A program made the translations under genes and the position numbers. The notes beneath the pieces were generated by a model, which saw only the letters and a program-made list of their open reading frames with translations, was not told the DNA's origin and ran no database searches. 64,000 bases of DNA, taken from Rhodosorus marinus CCMP1338 (taxonomy: Eukaryota; Plantae; Rhodophyta). Location: NCBI GenBank assembly GCA_029953675.1, contig JAMWBK010000008.1, positions 1,674,001 to 1,738,000 of the forward strand, in the 5' to 3' direction. Positions 13,444-25,665 of the stretch are shown in pieces. How positions within the stretch are numbered: position 1 is the stretch's first letter; each line of letters begins with the position of its first letter.

Positions 13444-15741
13444 CTATGAGGATCGGCTCCCAAGCAACGCGAAGATGGGCTCGGGCGCAGTTTTGTAAAG
13501 TAAGGAGCCGAGCGGCTCTTTGAATCCGAATCGGTATAAGAGCCTTGGAATCGAGAGTAGGTACTCAGCGATGAGGGGATGCACTGACTGCGTGTATGTG
13601 GAAGCAACGACGTTGTTCACGACAATTGTTCCCTGCAGGGTGTGTGGATTGTACAGGCCAGACTTTTTCACGCGTGAGATCCGGACCACCCTCGACGAGC
13701 CGCCGTTTGCGAGCTCCATCTGATCCCCCTTGGCGACATCCTTCGCCGCTCTCAGCTCGTCACCCGTAACGAGATAGTGCGTCGGAGACAGTTCGATGAC
13801 GTGCCCGTCACTTGATTCGATGCGAATAAACTCCGAAACCACAACAGGATCCCGGTGGGAGAACGCGTAGACATCGCTGAAGGAACCATCCACAACCAGG
13901 ACTCTGTCTCCAGCCTCCAGCTCCCGCATCTCCTTGATCGTTCCGTCCGCCAGGTTCACCTTGGCATCCGCTGGGAAGCAAGCGTTCACCAGACCGGGAG
14001 CTCCTGGCTGAGGTGACTGCGGCGGCTCTGTCCCTTTAACGCACTTGTTCGAAACCTTTTGCTGGAGTTCGTCCTCTGGTTGAAGACCGTAGAGACTACA
14101 TTCAGCTTCAACCTCCCTGATGCAGTCCAGAACTGCCGAAACCAGAGTACAGCAATCGGCGGTAGGTTCATCCTCATCCATGCAGTTGAAATCTTGCTCC
14201 AGATCGCACTCATTTAACTTCAGCGCACACTTCTGGAGCTCATCGAGAGTCTGGGTGGGCGTGCTACTGGCGTCCGGATCTGTAGTCGGGGTAGGAGTTT
14301 CGATCACACTCTGAGTAGGGGTAGCGCTCTGATCAAGCGTCTGCGTAGGAGTGTTGAGTTCACTCGGAACCGCATCAGTAGGTGCCAAGCTTGAAGTAGG
14401 CAATGCGGTACCTGAGCTGGTCGGTGTTGCCGATGGAAGTTCACTGCTCGTTACTGTAGGCATTTCACTTGCTGTTGGCTCCTCGGAGCCAGTTACGGGC
14501 GGAGTAGGAGGAGCCGGTGATTCGCTAGGAGTGCCCTGCTCTGAGGGAGCCGCAGTGGGAGTCGGTACCATCGTTGTTGGCGGGCAGCTTGGCAGGACGC
14601 TCGGCGTAGAAGCTGGTGTTTCGGTGGCTTCCGCCGTGTCGGGGTCGCCAACAATCAGCTCAGCTCCGATGACCGCGACGGTGTTTCTTATGAAAGACGA
14701 GTGGGTTTCGGAGTAGATGCTCATGTAAACTTGTTCATAGGCTGGGTCACAATCTAAAAACCCACGAAAAGCGGAGCAGATACCGAGAAGGTTTTGTTAA
14801 GAAAAGTCGCTATCCAGCCCTGCTTTGCAATCCGTTCGTTCCCTCTTACCTTGAGCGCCGTAGCCATAGCTCGCGACTCCGATGAGGTAGCTATCCTCGA
14901 CACTGCCACCTCTAACCATGAGTGGACCGCCGCTATCACCGTGACAGATCGTCGCTCCGGAGTTATTAAAGTTTGGATAGGAACATATCAGATCCTCGTC
15001 GCCGTTGAAGCCATTGAGCTCGAGGAAATTGCAGTTCTCGGTGGTGACCACCACGCTCGGGGCGTAGTTCAAGGTGCCGTCCAGGTGAGGCTGGTTTGTT
15101 TCATATCTTCCGAATCCAATGGCGATGGAGTCGATTCCACTGGGCGGCTTTGAAAAGCTGATTTTCAGTGGAGGAATGTTGGGGAGCTCTTCCGCAAGCG
15201 CGAGGATCCCCACATCGTGGCCCTCGAAGGCCTGACCCTCAACGTACCCGTCTGGAATGTAGATGTCGGAAACCTCTGAACAGGTGCCCATGTTCTTGCG
15301 AAGGTTGCTCGTCCCACCGCAGGCATGCAGCTTGACGGAGCTGGGAATGCTGTAGACGCAGTGGGCGGCAGTGAGGACGACCCGTGGCGCAATCAGCGAG
15401 GCGCTGCAGAATATATACAGCGCTCCATCCTCATGCTCAGCAATGAGAGCCAAAACGTTGGGGAACTCATCATCATCACGAACCTCCTCCCCATTAAACA
15501 AAAACGTGCTCAGATCCGGCTGCTCAGAGGCCTGTCTCGACAGATTTTCCACCCGGAAGCTAGCGCCCCCGCCCGTGAACAGGCCCAAATGCCGAATGCC
15601 CAAGCCATTCAAGCTCTCAAACGACTGGACGCCAGAAAATTCCACCGGAACCCCCAGAGAAACATCAAAAAGCAGACTAAACACCGACAAAACACCGCAA
15701 AACAAGCTCAAAAACGTCATAGTATGTCCCTTCCTCCCCAT
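13444..15741 (-). CDS. Secreted trypsin-like serine protease fused to Pro/Thr/Ser stalk, 8-Cys domain and Hedgehog-type Hint domain; exons 15741-14850 and 14753-13444
   Basis: Intron 14849-14754 (CAAG/GTAAGA...TTTTTAG/AT, 96 nt) joins the two ORFs in frame as YGYGAQ-DCDPAYEQVYMSIY. Triad motifs LTAAHC, HDVGIL, GDSGGP. Hint motifs A/CFPADA, ELSPTH, YNPHTLQGTIVVNNVVAS. ATG at 15741 or 15720. Confidence 0.9.
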
Positions 15742-18179
15742 ACTACTCTCTCCACTCAAAGCTTTCCGCACACCTGCTAAACAGCGCCCTCATCTATTCG
15801 AAGATACATACATACTTTACAACACATCTATATACATACAGGATCACTAAAAAGTCCCCACACCTACCTCGCTGACTCCCCATCCCAGCCGTCAGGACCA
15901 ACCTGCCCATCCTTAAAACCAACGGCGGAACTCAAGTCCCGCTAACCATTGCCAATCCGGCCAACATCACCAACGAGGCTGTACAGGAACAAAACTATTT
16001 AATCGTCACTAGCTTTTTAAAAATAATTCACAAACCTCTATCAATCAAAATATATCCCATTTTCGTCCATAATCCAGTTATCAATCAATAAAATATCGTA
16101 TTAAATATTATAACTAAACTCATATCTAGATGACTCTTATCAAGTAGTATTCTGACTCAAACAAATCCTCAATTCAGAACAGACATCGTGCCACTAAGCG
16201 AAATTTACTGGACCCCCTTGTTGTATTACCATAAAATATATTTCATAAACTAAAGTTTCATTATTATGGATAGATTCGACAGAAGGTGAATCAGGATAGG
16301 GGGGTGAGTATTGCGATGGATATATCGTAATCGGCAGTAATCTGTATTGATTTTCAGGATTTGTAATTTTGCTGACACTCATTCATGACAAAAAAGTGTG
16401 TATTTTATTTTGAATTTTCAGGTTGGTTTGCTAGGGTTGGATTTTGGGATTGTTCGGTAGGTTTGGGTTTAGGATGATGCGCAGGTGGTGTTTGTGGTTT
16501 TACTATTGTTTCGGCGGGTAGGGTAGGTGAGTTGAGAGAGTGTGGCGGTTTAGGGACTTGGGTGTGAGTCTTGATGGACTTGAAGATGGATTTTGAACAG
16601 GTCATGTGGACATTAGTGTGTATATATCGTATACGTTGAAGTAGCAGTTTAGTATAGAGGAGTTTACACTTGGAGTACAACCTCCTGAGGTTTTTGTTTG
16701 TAGTTGTTGTGTATGTTTTTGGAGAGGGGAAAGGAATGTGGGCTAACCCGGCTGACCAACGCACCGAGATTGGCAATGGTGAAACGTGTGTGTGAGCAGT
16801 CTGTTATTGGAGGGAAGGGATGTTGTGCTGGAATGCCGGCCCTGGATTGAACGTGGTTTTGGGGTGTGTTGGGGAGGGGGCAGGGGGAGGGAGAGACACG
16901 GAGTGTTTTTGCGTTTTTTTCTTCTTTGGCAGTGGTTCTGGTTTGGTCCTGGTTTGGCTATGACTAGCTCCCCGGGGGGAGCAACAAGCAGGCTAAGCGG
17001 GAAGTTTTTCAGTTTGGGATTGCCTGCATCGGATGCGCGCGGTTAGCAGAATCGAGCTGTATCCTGTTGGAGTGTGGGGCGGGCTGATTGGGAGAGTGGA
17101 ATTGCGTATGATGCAAAGGCGCGAGCAAAAGTCTGAACATGAGAATCTGGGGTTTCAAGCTATCATTTTGACCTGACTTCTCTTGGGTCGCGTGGGGAAG
17201 CAGGGAGGTTGGATGGGAAGGACAGGATTGGGATTTGGTATTTGTTTACTTCGTTTCACTGCAGAGCACGCAGCGCGGACGGGTGATCTGTGAATAGAAT
17301 TGTCCCAGGGGAAAACCAGGGGAAGAATGACTTGGTACAAGGTGTATTGGATGGAGAGGGTTAGTTCTCGATGACATGTGGGAAGCTGTTATCCTGATAG
17401 ACTCCTCTCATGGCTGAGCACTGGTCAGGAAGATAAGCCCAAGCTTCCATTTTTGGGTGTTCGAAGAAATACGAAGCTGGAAAACCATAGTTCCCTCTAT
17501 TATCGAACATATTCGCCTTGCGTTTTGATCCTTTTTCAAACAAGATAGCGCATGCAGGCCAAAAAAAATGGCATTCCCGGTATTTAAGCTTTTTGGGTGT
17601 CATCCGAAGCAAGCCATTCGAGGAGCATGTTTACATAGCGACTACCAGATACAGGGGAGCCTGTGCGGGAAGGTGAAACAAGACAACACAAACTGTAACA
17701 ATCCATATCCGGGAATTTCACAACGTGTCCGGGAGAGTAAACTCTCCAACCCCGGGTTTTCCACACACTTTCTTGCAGAATTCGGATAGCAAAGTAACCT
17801 TCGACAATTACATCTGTGAAAATTTTGACGAAGCAACTGGAATTCGCTCTTCCCTTGATTGAAAAGTTCCCATCCGTGGCAAATTTTCGCCTCCGTTAAC
17901 GGCTCAACGCTTGGTCCGTTCCCTCCCGACATTCCCACATCCAAAAAGTTCTATTTTTATGAAATCGATCGTAGGTTAGATACGATTAGATTATGGTCGA
18001 ACCATCGGATACCGGAAAACGGAAAAAACGATATCAATTTCAAGGTTTTTTTGCGGTAGTTAACGGAAGTTAACGATAATTAACGGTAATATAGGTAATT
18101 GTCAGTAAATTATGCGATTTGGGCCAGTCTACCCTGAAGGCGTACTCATTTTGTGCGGGTGGTTAACCTGTGAATCGAT

Positions 18180-18335
18180 ATTCATTGATTCTTCTGCAGC
18201 TCCGGACCTTGTACCTTCATTTCCGTGCCACAGCAAGAAATTTAAAACGGGTAAACAACGAGGACAGACGGTCAGGGTGCTCGCAGGACAATTCCCGAAG
18301 CCAACGAGAACCAACGGAATCCATAAACCTAACTC
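18180..18335 (-). mobile_element. CRE-like family A fragment
   Basis: FMDSVGSRWLRELSCEHPDRLSSLFTR. Confidence 0.7.
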
Positions 18336-18514
18336 CTCTAGTCGTTTGCCTTTTGGGTTTTCTAGTCTGTAAGTGTCGAAGATCATTTCCTCGGTCATCT
18401 TGAAAAAGAAGTCCAAACCCGGAACTGAGCTCATCGATCCGACAGGATTTGGACCAGAGCTCCATATGTCGCGATGTTCTCTTTTATTGATTCAGATAAT
18501 GCCCTCCCCCTACT

Positions 18515-18600
18515 ACTGGCACTCTAATCTCCCCTCCAGCCAAGGCTGTGAGAATCGTACTGACGGTTGTGGTTGCCAGTTTCTGAGCCCACCGTGCGAA
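18515..18600 (+). mobile_element. Short CRE-like family B Zn-finger fragment
   Basis: GGCACTCTAATC..AGCCAAGGCTGTGAGAATCGTACTGACGGTTGTGG matches 53595-53660. Confidence 0.55.
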
Positions 18601-18890
18601 ATGCCCCAACCGAGAATTTCTGCGTGAGCGCAGAGGGATATCCTCCGGTATTTGCAGTTATACTTTGTTCAAGTCGACTCCTTTGACACCTGGTTTCGTC
18701 TCAGTGACGCGTCCGAGGCTGAAACTTGCGCCCAACAACATGTTCCTACGCATCCTGGTGTTGTAATCAATAGTGAACAGTTCGACCCAAAAAATGAAGT
18801 CCGTCTTCGCGCTTCAGGCTGCGTTGCGAAAAAAACCGCCACCCAGTGGTGGTGGCATAGTTCCCCGGGGCTTAAGGGTTTATTAGACAA

Positions 18891-21242
18891 TCAAATGACT
18901 CTAAGAGCTTTGACTCTGGCCGCCTCGAAGTCGTTGTTGGTCAGTTTGAGGCCTCCGACGGGACTCGTCATGCTATCATAGAAGGTAATCGCATACTGGT
19001 AGCTCGACGATGGCTGGAGAACTGCTCCGGAAATCTTTACAGCCCTTGAGTTTGCCAGAGTAATTGCCGAAGGGGAGCCGCTCATCCCCGAGAACCCCAA
19101 CACCCGCAAAGATAGATAATTACAACCTTCGAACTGCAGCTGGCCAGAGTAGGAGCGTAGTGAGTTTTTGACTGTTACGCCGTATACCACTGGGGCATTG
19201 ATATTCTTCATTGTTACAGCCCTGAAACTGTACCGGACCAGCATCTTGTTCAATGAAATCTCTGTGGTCGAGGGAGATTTGCTGTCAACGGAAATACCCG
19301 TATTCACTCTGCGAACCTCTACATTAGTCAGGATCACACGATTGGGTCTCATCAGTTCTCCATCGTGCGTGGTAATAACCCCATAGACACTACCTTCGGC
19401 GTAAATATCGTCCCCGAAAACACCGCCGACGCCGTTCTCGATCCTCAGCGCATGCTGCTGACTCATATCCCCGGCCCAAGCCCTTACTCTCTCCACAACG
19501 ACGTTATCCACCACTTTCCCATTCTCCACATTGCTTGAAAGCGTGATCAGACCATCTCGGTTGCTCTTGCCCGTGATTGTCCGGAGGGTCACACCATCGA
19601 TCTTATCGGTCGTTGGGAAAACCATCAACCCCACTCCGGAGGAGTACTCAAAATCACAGTGCTTAACGGCAGTTCGTCCGCTCCGGATCTGAAGCAGTGG
19701 CAATCGTGACCCATCGCTGACGAGGTTCCGAAGTCCCACAAACCTGCAGTCCTCGATGGTGACGTCTTCGGCGTAGACGACTACTGGAGTATCGTGCTTG
19801 TTCAGCTGCTGGACGTTGATTCCAGACAACGTCAACGGTTTCCTGATAACCACCGTGCTTACGTCAAAGACACAATTCGGGCCGGGTCCTACGAGCTTGA
19901 CATAGGGATCTGCTGCCAAAATCTGTTCTTCCAAGCCCACACTGCACAGTAACGTCACTATCGGTGCGGAACCCTTGATGGGTGCATCCGTAGGCTCGGG
20001 AACCGGCGTGGCGCTAGGAGAGGGTAGCGGCGAGTCTGTTGGCTCTGGTGTGGGTATTGGCGTTGGTGCCGGGGTTGGTGTGGGAGAAATCAACAACACA
20101 GACGCTATAGTAGCCTTGGAGAGCGTCGACTCTGACACATGCAGCTCACTTGCAGTCAGACCGTAGCCAATCTTGAATGAGATGCCGTATGCGTAGCTTG
20201 TTCTGTCGCCGAGGACGACGGATCTCAACTTGACGTTCTTCGACTCATCGACTTCCACAGCCGCTCTCTTTGATTGTCCCTCCGCAATGTACAAATCCTT
20301 CCCTCTCAGCCCATCACAGTTCAGGAAGGTCGCGGCTGCTCTATTCCCCCCCGGCACCGGTGCAGACACACGTACGTCCTCAACCCGAAGACGTCGTACA
20401 TTCCTCATAAGCAAGGGCTGTCGCGAGCCCGTGGAGCTAATCCTCGAGATTCTGACAGTGTCGTGGGGAATTTCGGGCTGGGTCTGGAAGATGATTCCAT
20501 ATTTGTTGTCCTTGACGCGTACATTGGATATTGTGATGTTTCTGTTCGCCTGCAGCTCTTTGTGGTGATCCTGAATGGCCAACCCATAGTAACAGCCCTC
20601 GGCGTAAACATTGCGAACTACACAGCCCGAGACACCGTCGCTTACTTCAACAGCACCTTTCAGAGTGGGACCGTAGGCCCTGACGTTCTCGACAACAATG
20701 TTTTTGGTCGTTCGTCTGTTTCCTTTTGCTGTAGTAAGGGAGACAGTTTCTCGACTGTTGTGCATCCCTACAATGTCACGCACGAAGCCGCCGTCTATGT
20801 CAGGGCCATCGTCATGTGGTGGGACGATGGTGATCCCGTCCCGCGCAGAATTTATCAACTGCCCTCGTTCGATATGGAAGTCGCTGGCACGCACAACCAG
20901 CAAGGACTCTCTCAGTTTGTCAAGCACCGTCCCATGGTTACCAATAAGAACGAAATCATAAATGCTGAACCCCTCGGCCACCACATTAAACACTGTCATC
21001 GCGAGTCCGTCCTTTAACTGAGCATGAACTCCCCGGATTGTTATGCCGGGTCTGCTTATTAGAATAGACGATTCAATGAACCACAGACACCCTCCCGCTG
21101 GAGCGAGTAGCTCCGAACCCGCCGGAGCATCCTTAACCTGCTCCTTTAAGGGTATTCTACAGTCTAATACAATCGGGTCGGCACACCGGCTGACCCCCAA
21201 AAGTAGTGCAAAGGCCACTAGAAAACATCTCAACGTCTTCAT
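18891..21242 (-). CDS. Secreted protein with two right-handed parallel beta-helix (pectin-lyase-like) domains and a Pro/Thr linker
   Basis: Intronless 783-aa ORF with signal peptide MKTLRCFLVAFALLLGVSRCA, repeated beta-coil pattern (NIVVENV, NITISNV) and internal duplication around PTPTPAPTP. Confidence 0.85.
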   Translation of the reverse strand: MKTLRCFLVAFALLLGVSRCADPIVLDCRIPLKEQVKDAPAGSELLAPAGGCLWFIESSILISRPGITIRGVHAQLKDGLAMTVFNVVAEGFSIYDFVLIGNHGTVLDKLRESLLVVRASDFHIERGQLINSARDGITIVPPHDDGPDIDGGFVRDIVGMHNSRETVSLTTAKGNRRTTKNIVVENVRAYGPTLKGAVEVSDGVSGCVVRNVYAEGCYYGLAIQDHHKELQANRNITISNVRVKDNKYGIIFQTQPEIPHDTVRISRISSTGSRQPLLMRNVRRLRVEDVRVSAPVPGGNRAAATFLNCDGLRGKDLYIAEGQSKRAAVEVDESKNVKLRSVVLGDRTSYAYGISFKIGYGLTASELHVSESTLSKATIASVLLISPTPTPAPTPIPTPEPTDSPLPSPSATPVPEPTDAPIKGSAPIVTLLCSVGLEEQILAADPYVKLVGPGPNCVFDVSTVVIRKPLTLSGINVQQLNKHDTPVVVYAEDVTIEDCRFVGLRNLVSDGSRLPLLQIRSGRTAVKHCDFEYSSGVGLMVFPTTDKIDGVTLRTITGKSNRDGLITLSSNVENGKVVDNVVVERVRAWAGDMSQQHALRIENGVGGVFGDDIYAEGSVYGVITTHDGELMRPNRVILTNVEVRRVNTGISVDSKSPSTTEISLNKMLVRYSFRAVTMKNINAPVVYGVTVKNSLRSYSGQLQFEGCNYLSLRVLGFSGMSGSPSAITLANSRAVKISGAVLQPSSSYQYAITFYDSMTSPVGGLKLTNNDFEAARVKALRVI

Positions 21243-21737
21243 CTTCAGCAGCTGGAAAATGTTGTCTTCCTGAAAGTCGTTATCTATTGCACCGCCTCAA
21301 CCACTCCTACCCTCACGTCTCACAGAACCATTCACAAGGTACACGGATCGTTCTCCTCGTCCGAGAGATTGGCAGGGAGAAGCGGAGCCATTCTACGACA
21401 CTATGTATCCTGTCACTTCCACCCATAAGCCGCACCCTGCTCTACCACCTGCCCTCAAAAAAAAAGACCTGCCGGCTCAAAACCGTACACCATCCGGGAC
21501 GGCCATAATCCCAATAGATGATAAACAACAAAAAAAAAGACACTTTCGCATCCAGCACAGAGTACACAGCGCTTGGGTAGATCCAAAATATGGAGGGCAA
21601 AAATAGGAAGACCTTCAAGAGGATCGGAGGCTAGACTGAATAGACAGACAGACTCTAAAACTGTTGTCCTACTCAAATTAGTCCCAATTCGTTGGCGAGA
21701 AGAACCTGCTCCGTTCCCCAGTTGACCAGTCGAACGA

Positions 21738-21895
21738 ATGGTTTAATCGGAGGCTGAAAAAAAAAACCCCGAGGGGAAAAAAAGACTAAGCGCGGCGAAG
21801 TACTCGCGCCTCCAACATCAGAGCGGCATTCATGCGCCACAGCAGGAAACTTAAGCGGGTAAACAACGATTGAAGACGGTCAGGGCGTTCGCGGC
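21738..21895 (-). mobile_element. CRE-like family A 3' end (other short tails at 22845-22960 +, 23915-23975 +, 24700-24920 +)
   Basis: Family A terminus ...TTTTTTTCAG(C/T)CTCCGATTAAAC..ATTCATTC. Confidence 0.72.
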
Positions 21896-22059
21896 CTTGC
21901 AGTATTCAAGGGCACCCAATGAGGGGCCATTTACTAAAAACTCAATAATTATAAATATTTAGACAACTCTTTTCATATGCGTAGCAACCTGACTAACGAC
22001 CGTAGATGATTGCACAATGAGCTCCCCAAGAAAAGGAATTAGCGAATACAATAAAAATT

Positions 22060-22750
22060 CAGACGGTGTGGCTGTCGGTGTGGCCAATTTCCTCCCGAGC
22101 GCTTTTCTCACAGGTTCCAGCCTTTGTGGAGAGCTTTGGGCATCTGACAAAAGCCCCGTTTGGAGAGGCTGCGGAAATGTTTACTAACCATTCTCCTGAA
22201 TATTTGGGACTCTTCCGCCGTTTAAAAAGGGTACGGCTCTGTATATAATCTATCAGGATCCTCGCCGAACCGCCGCCACCACCGCCCCTAGCACGATTTT
22301 GTTCTCCCTAGTTCCTAGTTACCTGGCCGGGCTGATCGCTCCTCACGTAAGAACATCTGCTTGGATGAGAGTGAGCATAGCACGTCACTTTGTCTTTGCA
22401 GACAACTGTGGCAGTCTCGCTTGACTCCTACGAAGTCACCTCTGTGTGACTGTCGACGGCTTAATTTCTGACCATGGGGAGATTCGCGTTCGCGCGACCT
22501 CCCCTAACTCCCTCATCCTACTGAATATTTGGCGCTCTTGAGGCGTTTAAGTGTCTCCCTTTGGCGATATTCCAGCGACATGCTTTCCGAGGCGCGCCAT
22601 CGGCGCCTGGGGTTGCATACTTCCCTCCCTAGTTATTAGTTCATCTTCACGCCTTGCGTAGCGCTTCAGGCTATGCTAGTAAAGTCCAGTTCCTAGTTCC
22701 TTCTCACGCCCTGTGCGTAGCACCGCGGGCTAAGCTTGTAAAACCATCAT
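22060..22750 (+). mobile_element. CRE-like family B 3' fragments
   Basis: CAGGTTCCAGCCTTTGTGGAGAGCTTTGGGC and the family B tail CCTAGTTCC...GGCTATGCTAGTAAAG. Confidence 0.7.
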
Positions 22751-23974
22751 CTCAATCCTCCTTTCCCCAGTTCACCAATCCGAACACAAGCCCCTCTGTG
22801 CACAACTTGCACCAGCTAAGCACTATTCAATCTTTCATTCGCGGCGCAAACCGCTGCCTTGATGGTGGAGGTGCGCGATGTTCTCCCCCCTGGTCATTGT
22901 TTTCCGTTCCGCTGGGGTTTTTTTTCTTTTCAGCTCCGATTAAACAAGAATTCATTCAGCGATCGTTCTAAAAGAAAACCGTCTACTGCTTATAAAATTC
23001 AGGACGCCATAAAAATCGTATAAATAAGTTTACGATTTCAGTATTCAAAACACCCAATTATAGGCCAGATACTGAAACTCAATAATCAGAAAGATTTAGG
23101 CAGCTCCGATCAGATAGATGCTATCCAACTTTCGGATCAGATGATTGCACAATGAATTCTCCAAGAATAGGAGTTATGGAATATAATAACAGAATTTATG
23201 ATCCCCTTAGCGAACCCCATGAAGGGACAGGAATCGACCTGGAAATTTGAGGTTTGAAAAACTAAATATTTTAAACCGGGAAACGGGTAGATTTAGGGTT
23301 TACGAGTTTCGATCGCCCGCATGAAAATAATTGTTTTTAAATAGTTTTTGGATTGTGAACAGAGTTTGGATGAAAAAAAACAAAAACCGCCCGTTTACTG
23401 TTAGCCATATTTGATTGGATGATTGTTCCAATGGAAGTGTTTTTAAATAGTTTTTTCGACGGCTGTGAACACAGTTCTGATATGAAACGCCTTTTTTAGA
23501 GTTTAGCCAGATGAGATCGGATGATTGGTTAAACTGCAAGTGTTTTTAGATTATTTTAATGATGGTTTTCGTCTGTTTGGAATCGCGCGAAGTTGATGAT
23601 ATGGATAGTGGATGTGTCCTTGTGGGCGAGGAGGAGCCGCCTCGGTTTTAGGTCCTGGTTTCAGATGGCACAATCTCACACGAGTCAATGCAGGATCGTT
23701 CTAGATGTTTTCAGAAAACTTCCCACCTCCTTTCGCGGGGTGGTCCTGTAGAACTCAAGCTGGTTAAAAACCCTAGAAACGAGTGTTTCCAAAGTGGGTT
23801 TACGCCCTTTCTTTTTAACTGAGTTTCCACGGCGAAATATCAACCTCCCATGTAGCCTGCCTTTGTCAGCAGAAAAATAGGCTATCTGAACTTAACTAAA
23901 GCCTCGGGGTGGCCTGTGGTTCACCTCGGGGGTTTTTCTTTCAGTCTCCGATTGCAAAAATTCACATTCGACGG

Positions 23975-24150
23975 CTAACAACCGCGAGAAGGGAGAACTA
24001 CACTCGACGCCAAGGAACGAGCCTCGAGGATAAGGGCCGCTAATCTCCGCCACAGGGCTAGACAAAGCAGAGATTGGAAACGCGTCAAGCGATCAAGTTG
24101 TTCCCCAAAGTAACTCACGCAACCAGATAACTTCTGCAACCGTCCATGAC
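23975..24150 (-). mobile_element. Divergent CRE-like 3' fragment (possible fourth family)
   Basis: YFGEQLDRLTRFQSLLCLALWRRLAALILEAR parallels family A FRERPDRLSSLFTRLSFLLWRLNAALMLEAR. Confidence 0.45.
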
Positions 24151-24209
24151 CACCAAAACAGCTCAACAGGATGAGGGACAAAGCGATGCACGAGGGCCGA
24201 TTGAAGTCC

Positions 24210-24640
24210 TCATTGATTCTGTTGGCGCACGGTTGTAGCCGGACAGAACGACACCATTAGGGCCTGGCTGACAACGGAGTAAGCCAGGGAGATGTCAAGC
24301 GAGGCGAGGCCAAGGGGTAACTGTAGCCAACTGCGACACCAAAAATAGAACATAGATGCTACCAAAAATAGCACTGTGTTTAGATGAGAGATATGTAGAG
24401 GCCTTGTCTGAGGGTATGAATAGGCTAGGACGGAGTAGAATATGATAGGGCTTAGAAAAGAGAAGTCAGGGGGAAAATATTCTTTGGACTTGTCAAGCAA
24501 CTCTTCGTGAGGGGGTTACTGAGACGCAAAAAAGTTCCAATAACTCCACTGCGGGTCAACAGTATATGATCTATGCACCGAATGTACTATCCAAGCTACG
24601 CGATATAATCTGACCATCCAACTAGGCTAAGGACGTAAGT
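24210..24640 (-). mobile_element. Possible PIF/Harbinger transposase relic
   Basis: Broken peptides QIISRSLDSTFGA and PHEELLDKSKEYFP. The ends of 24215-24520 are reverse-complement matches to 45470-45590. Confidence 0.35.
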
Positions 24641-25347
24641 CAACACACCGGCGGCGAACAAACCCGATCGTCTTTCGAACAAGCAGTAAATTAAACGTTT
24701 CCTCAGGCATTCGCCCTTCGGCTCTAGCTCATGGCCTGGTACCTCTGGTCATTGAGTGAAAAAAAAAACGCCCTGTGACCGTCTATCCTCGTTGCTTACC
24801 AGTCTAAGTTTCTTGCTGTGGCGTGTGAACGCTGCTTTGATGTTGGAGGCACACGATCTTCGCCGAGCTTTTTTCCCTCAGAGTTATTTTTTTCAGTCTC
24901 CGATTAAACAAAATCATTCAAATTAAAGGTCATATCCTCTCCATGAGGGCAGACATGTTTAGGCACTGAACAGGCAATATTGATGTATATCTAGATATAT
25001 ACAATTCTTAATTGTCAAAAAACGAGTTGTAGCCGTTAACGTAGAGGCAATATATTCCCAGAAAAACGACGAAGTTCTAGTTTCAAGTCTCATAGATTCC
25101 ACATCTATGACCAGCTCTGTTGTCAATACTAGACAGCGCTTCGAAATATTTCCAATAAAAGAAGTTTGATGCCATTGGATTCTAAATTTTTCTATTTAAG
25201 AATTGTTCATTCCTCCGTCGCCATTTCGATATAAAAGAAATAGAAATAACCTATCGCCACGCAGCGGTGAGACCATGTTCACGCACCACTGCTCCTGGCC
25301 GGCAGCTGTCCAACGAGCGCCGGTGCTAATATTAGCAAAGTGGTATA

Positions 25348-25665
25348 CTATTCTTGTTCACAAAATTGGACTTCCCCCAATCTATCCCCGAAAACGGTAA
25401 CCCCTCTTTTGTTGATCCCTAACAAGACTGAACGATTGTACAAGTCCTGCCGTTGGCAAGGGCGACATTTATGTGACATATGGGGGATGGTGTCAGCGGC
25501 GAACTGGTCGTCCGCTCCAAGACAGGTCATCGCTGAGACTTTTCCTTTACTTATTACTAGTCCGTTGGGACCTTCGCTATGGAGTCGGAACCCTTTAGCT
25601 GAAAAAGTCCTAACTGAAAGTAGATTGTAAGCTAGTCCAGGAATATAGTAGATGTCTTTCAGCAT
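25348..25665 (-). mobile_element. Ty1/Copia pol fragment (protease-to-integrase linker region)
   Basis: LKDIYYIPGLAYNLLSVRTFSAKGF fits the Copia L.DV.YVP.L..NLLSV motif. Confidence 0.65.

Noticed and set aside
13444-14724. Stand-alone Hint/mucin ORF and stand-alone trypsin ORF 14797-15771 as two genes
   Set aside because: The first lacks a signal peptide and the second lacks the trypsin C-terminus; a canonical intron joins them.
16405-17046. ORFs in the G/T-rich stretch
   Set aside because: Low-complexity composition like the upstream regions of other genes here; no ATG-led coherent protein or domain.
17480-17900. Possible hAT transposase relic (KQDSA..WHSRYLSF)
   Set aside because: Only one short motif across a frameshift; not enough support without a profile search.
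22318-22400. U1 snRNA-like start TTACCTGGCCGGG
   Set aside because: It follows a CRE family B tail (CCTAGTTCCTAG). The ATAC 5' end, loop II ATTGCAC and Sm site were not found.
23295-23775. Telomere-like TTTAGGG/CCCTAG motifs or MITE TIRs
   Set aside because: Isolated single motifs with no array, and only 8 bp of inverted match.
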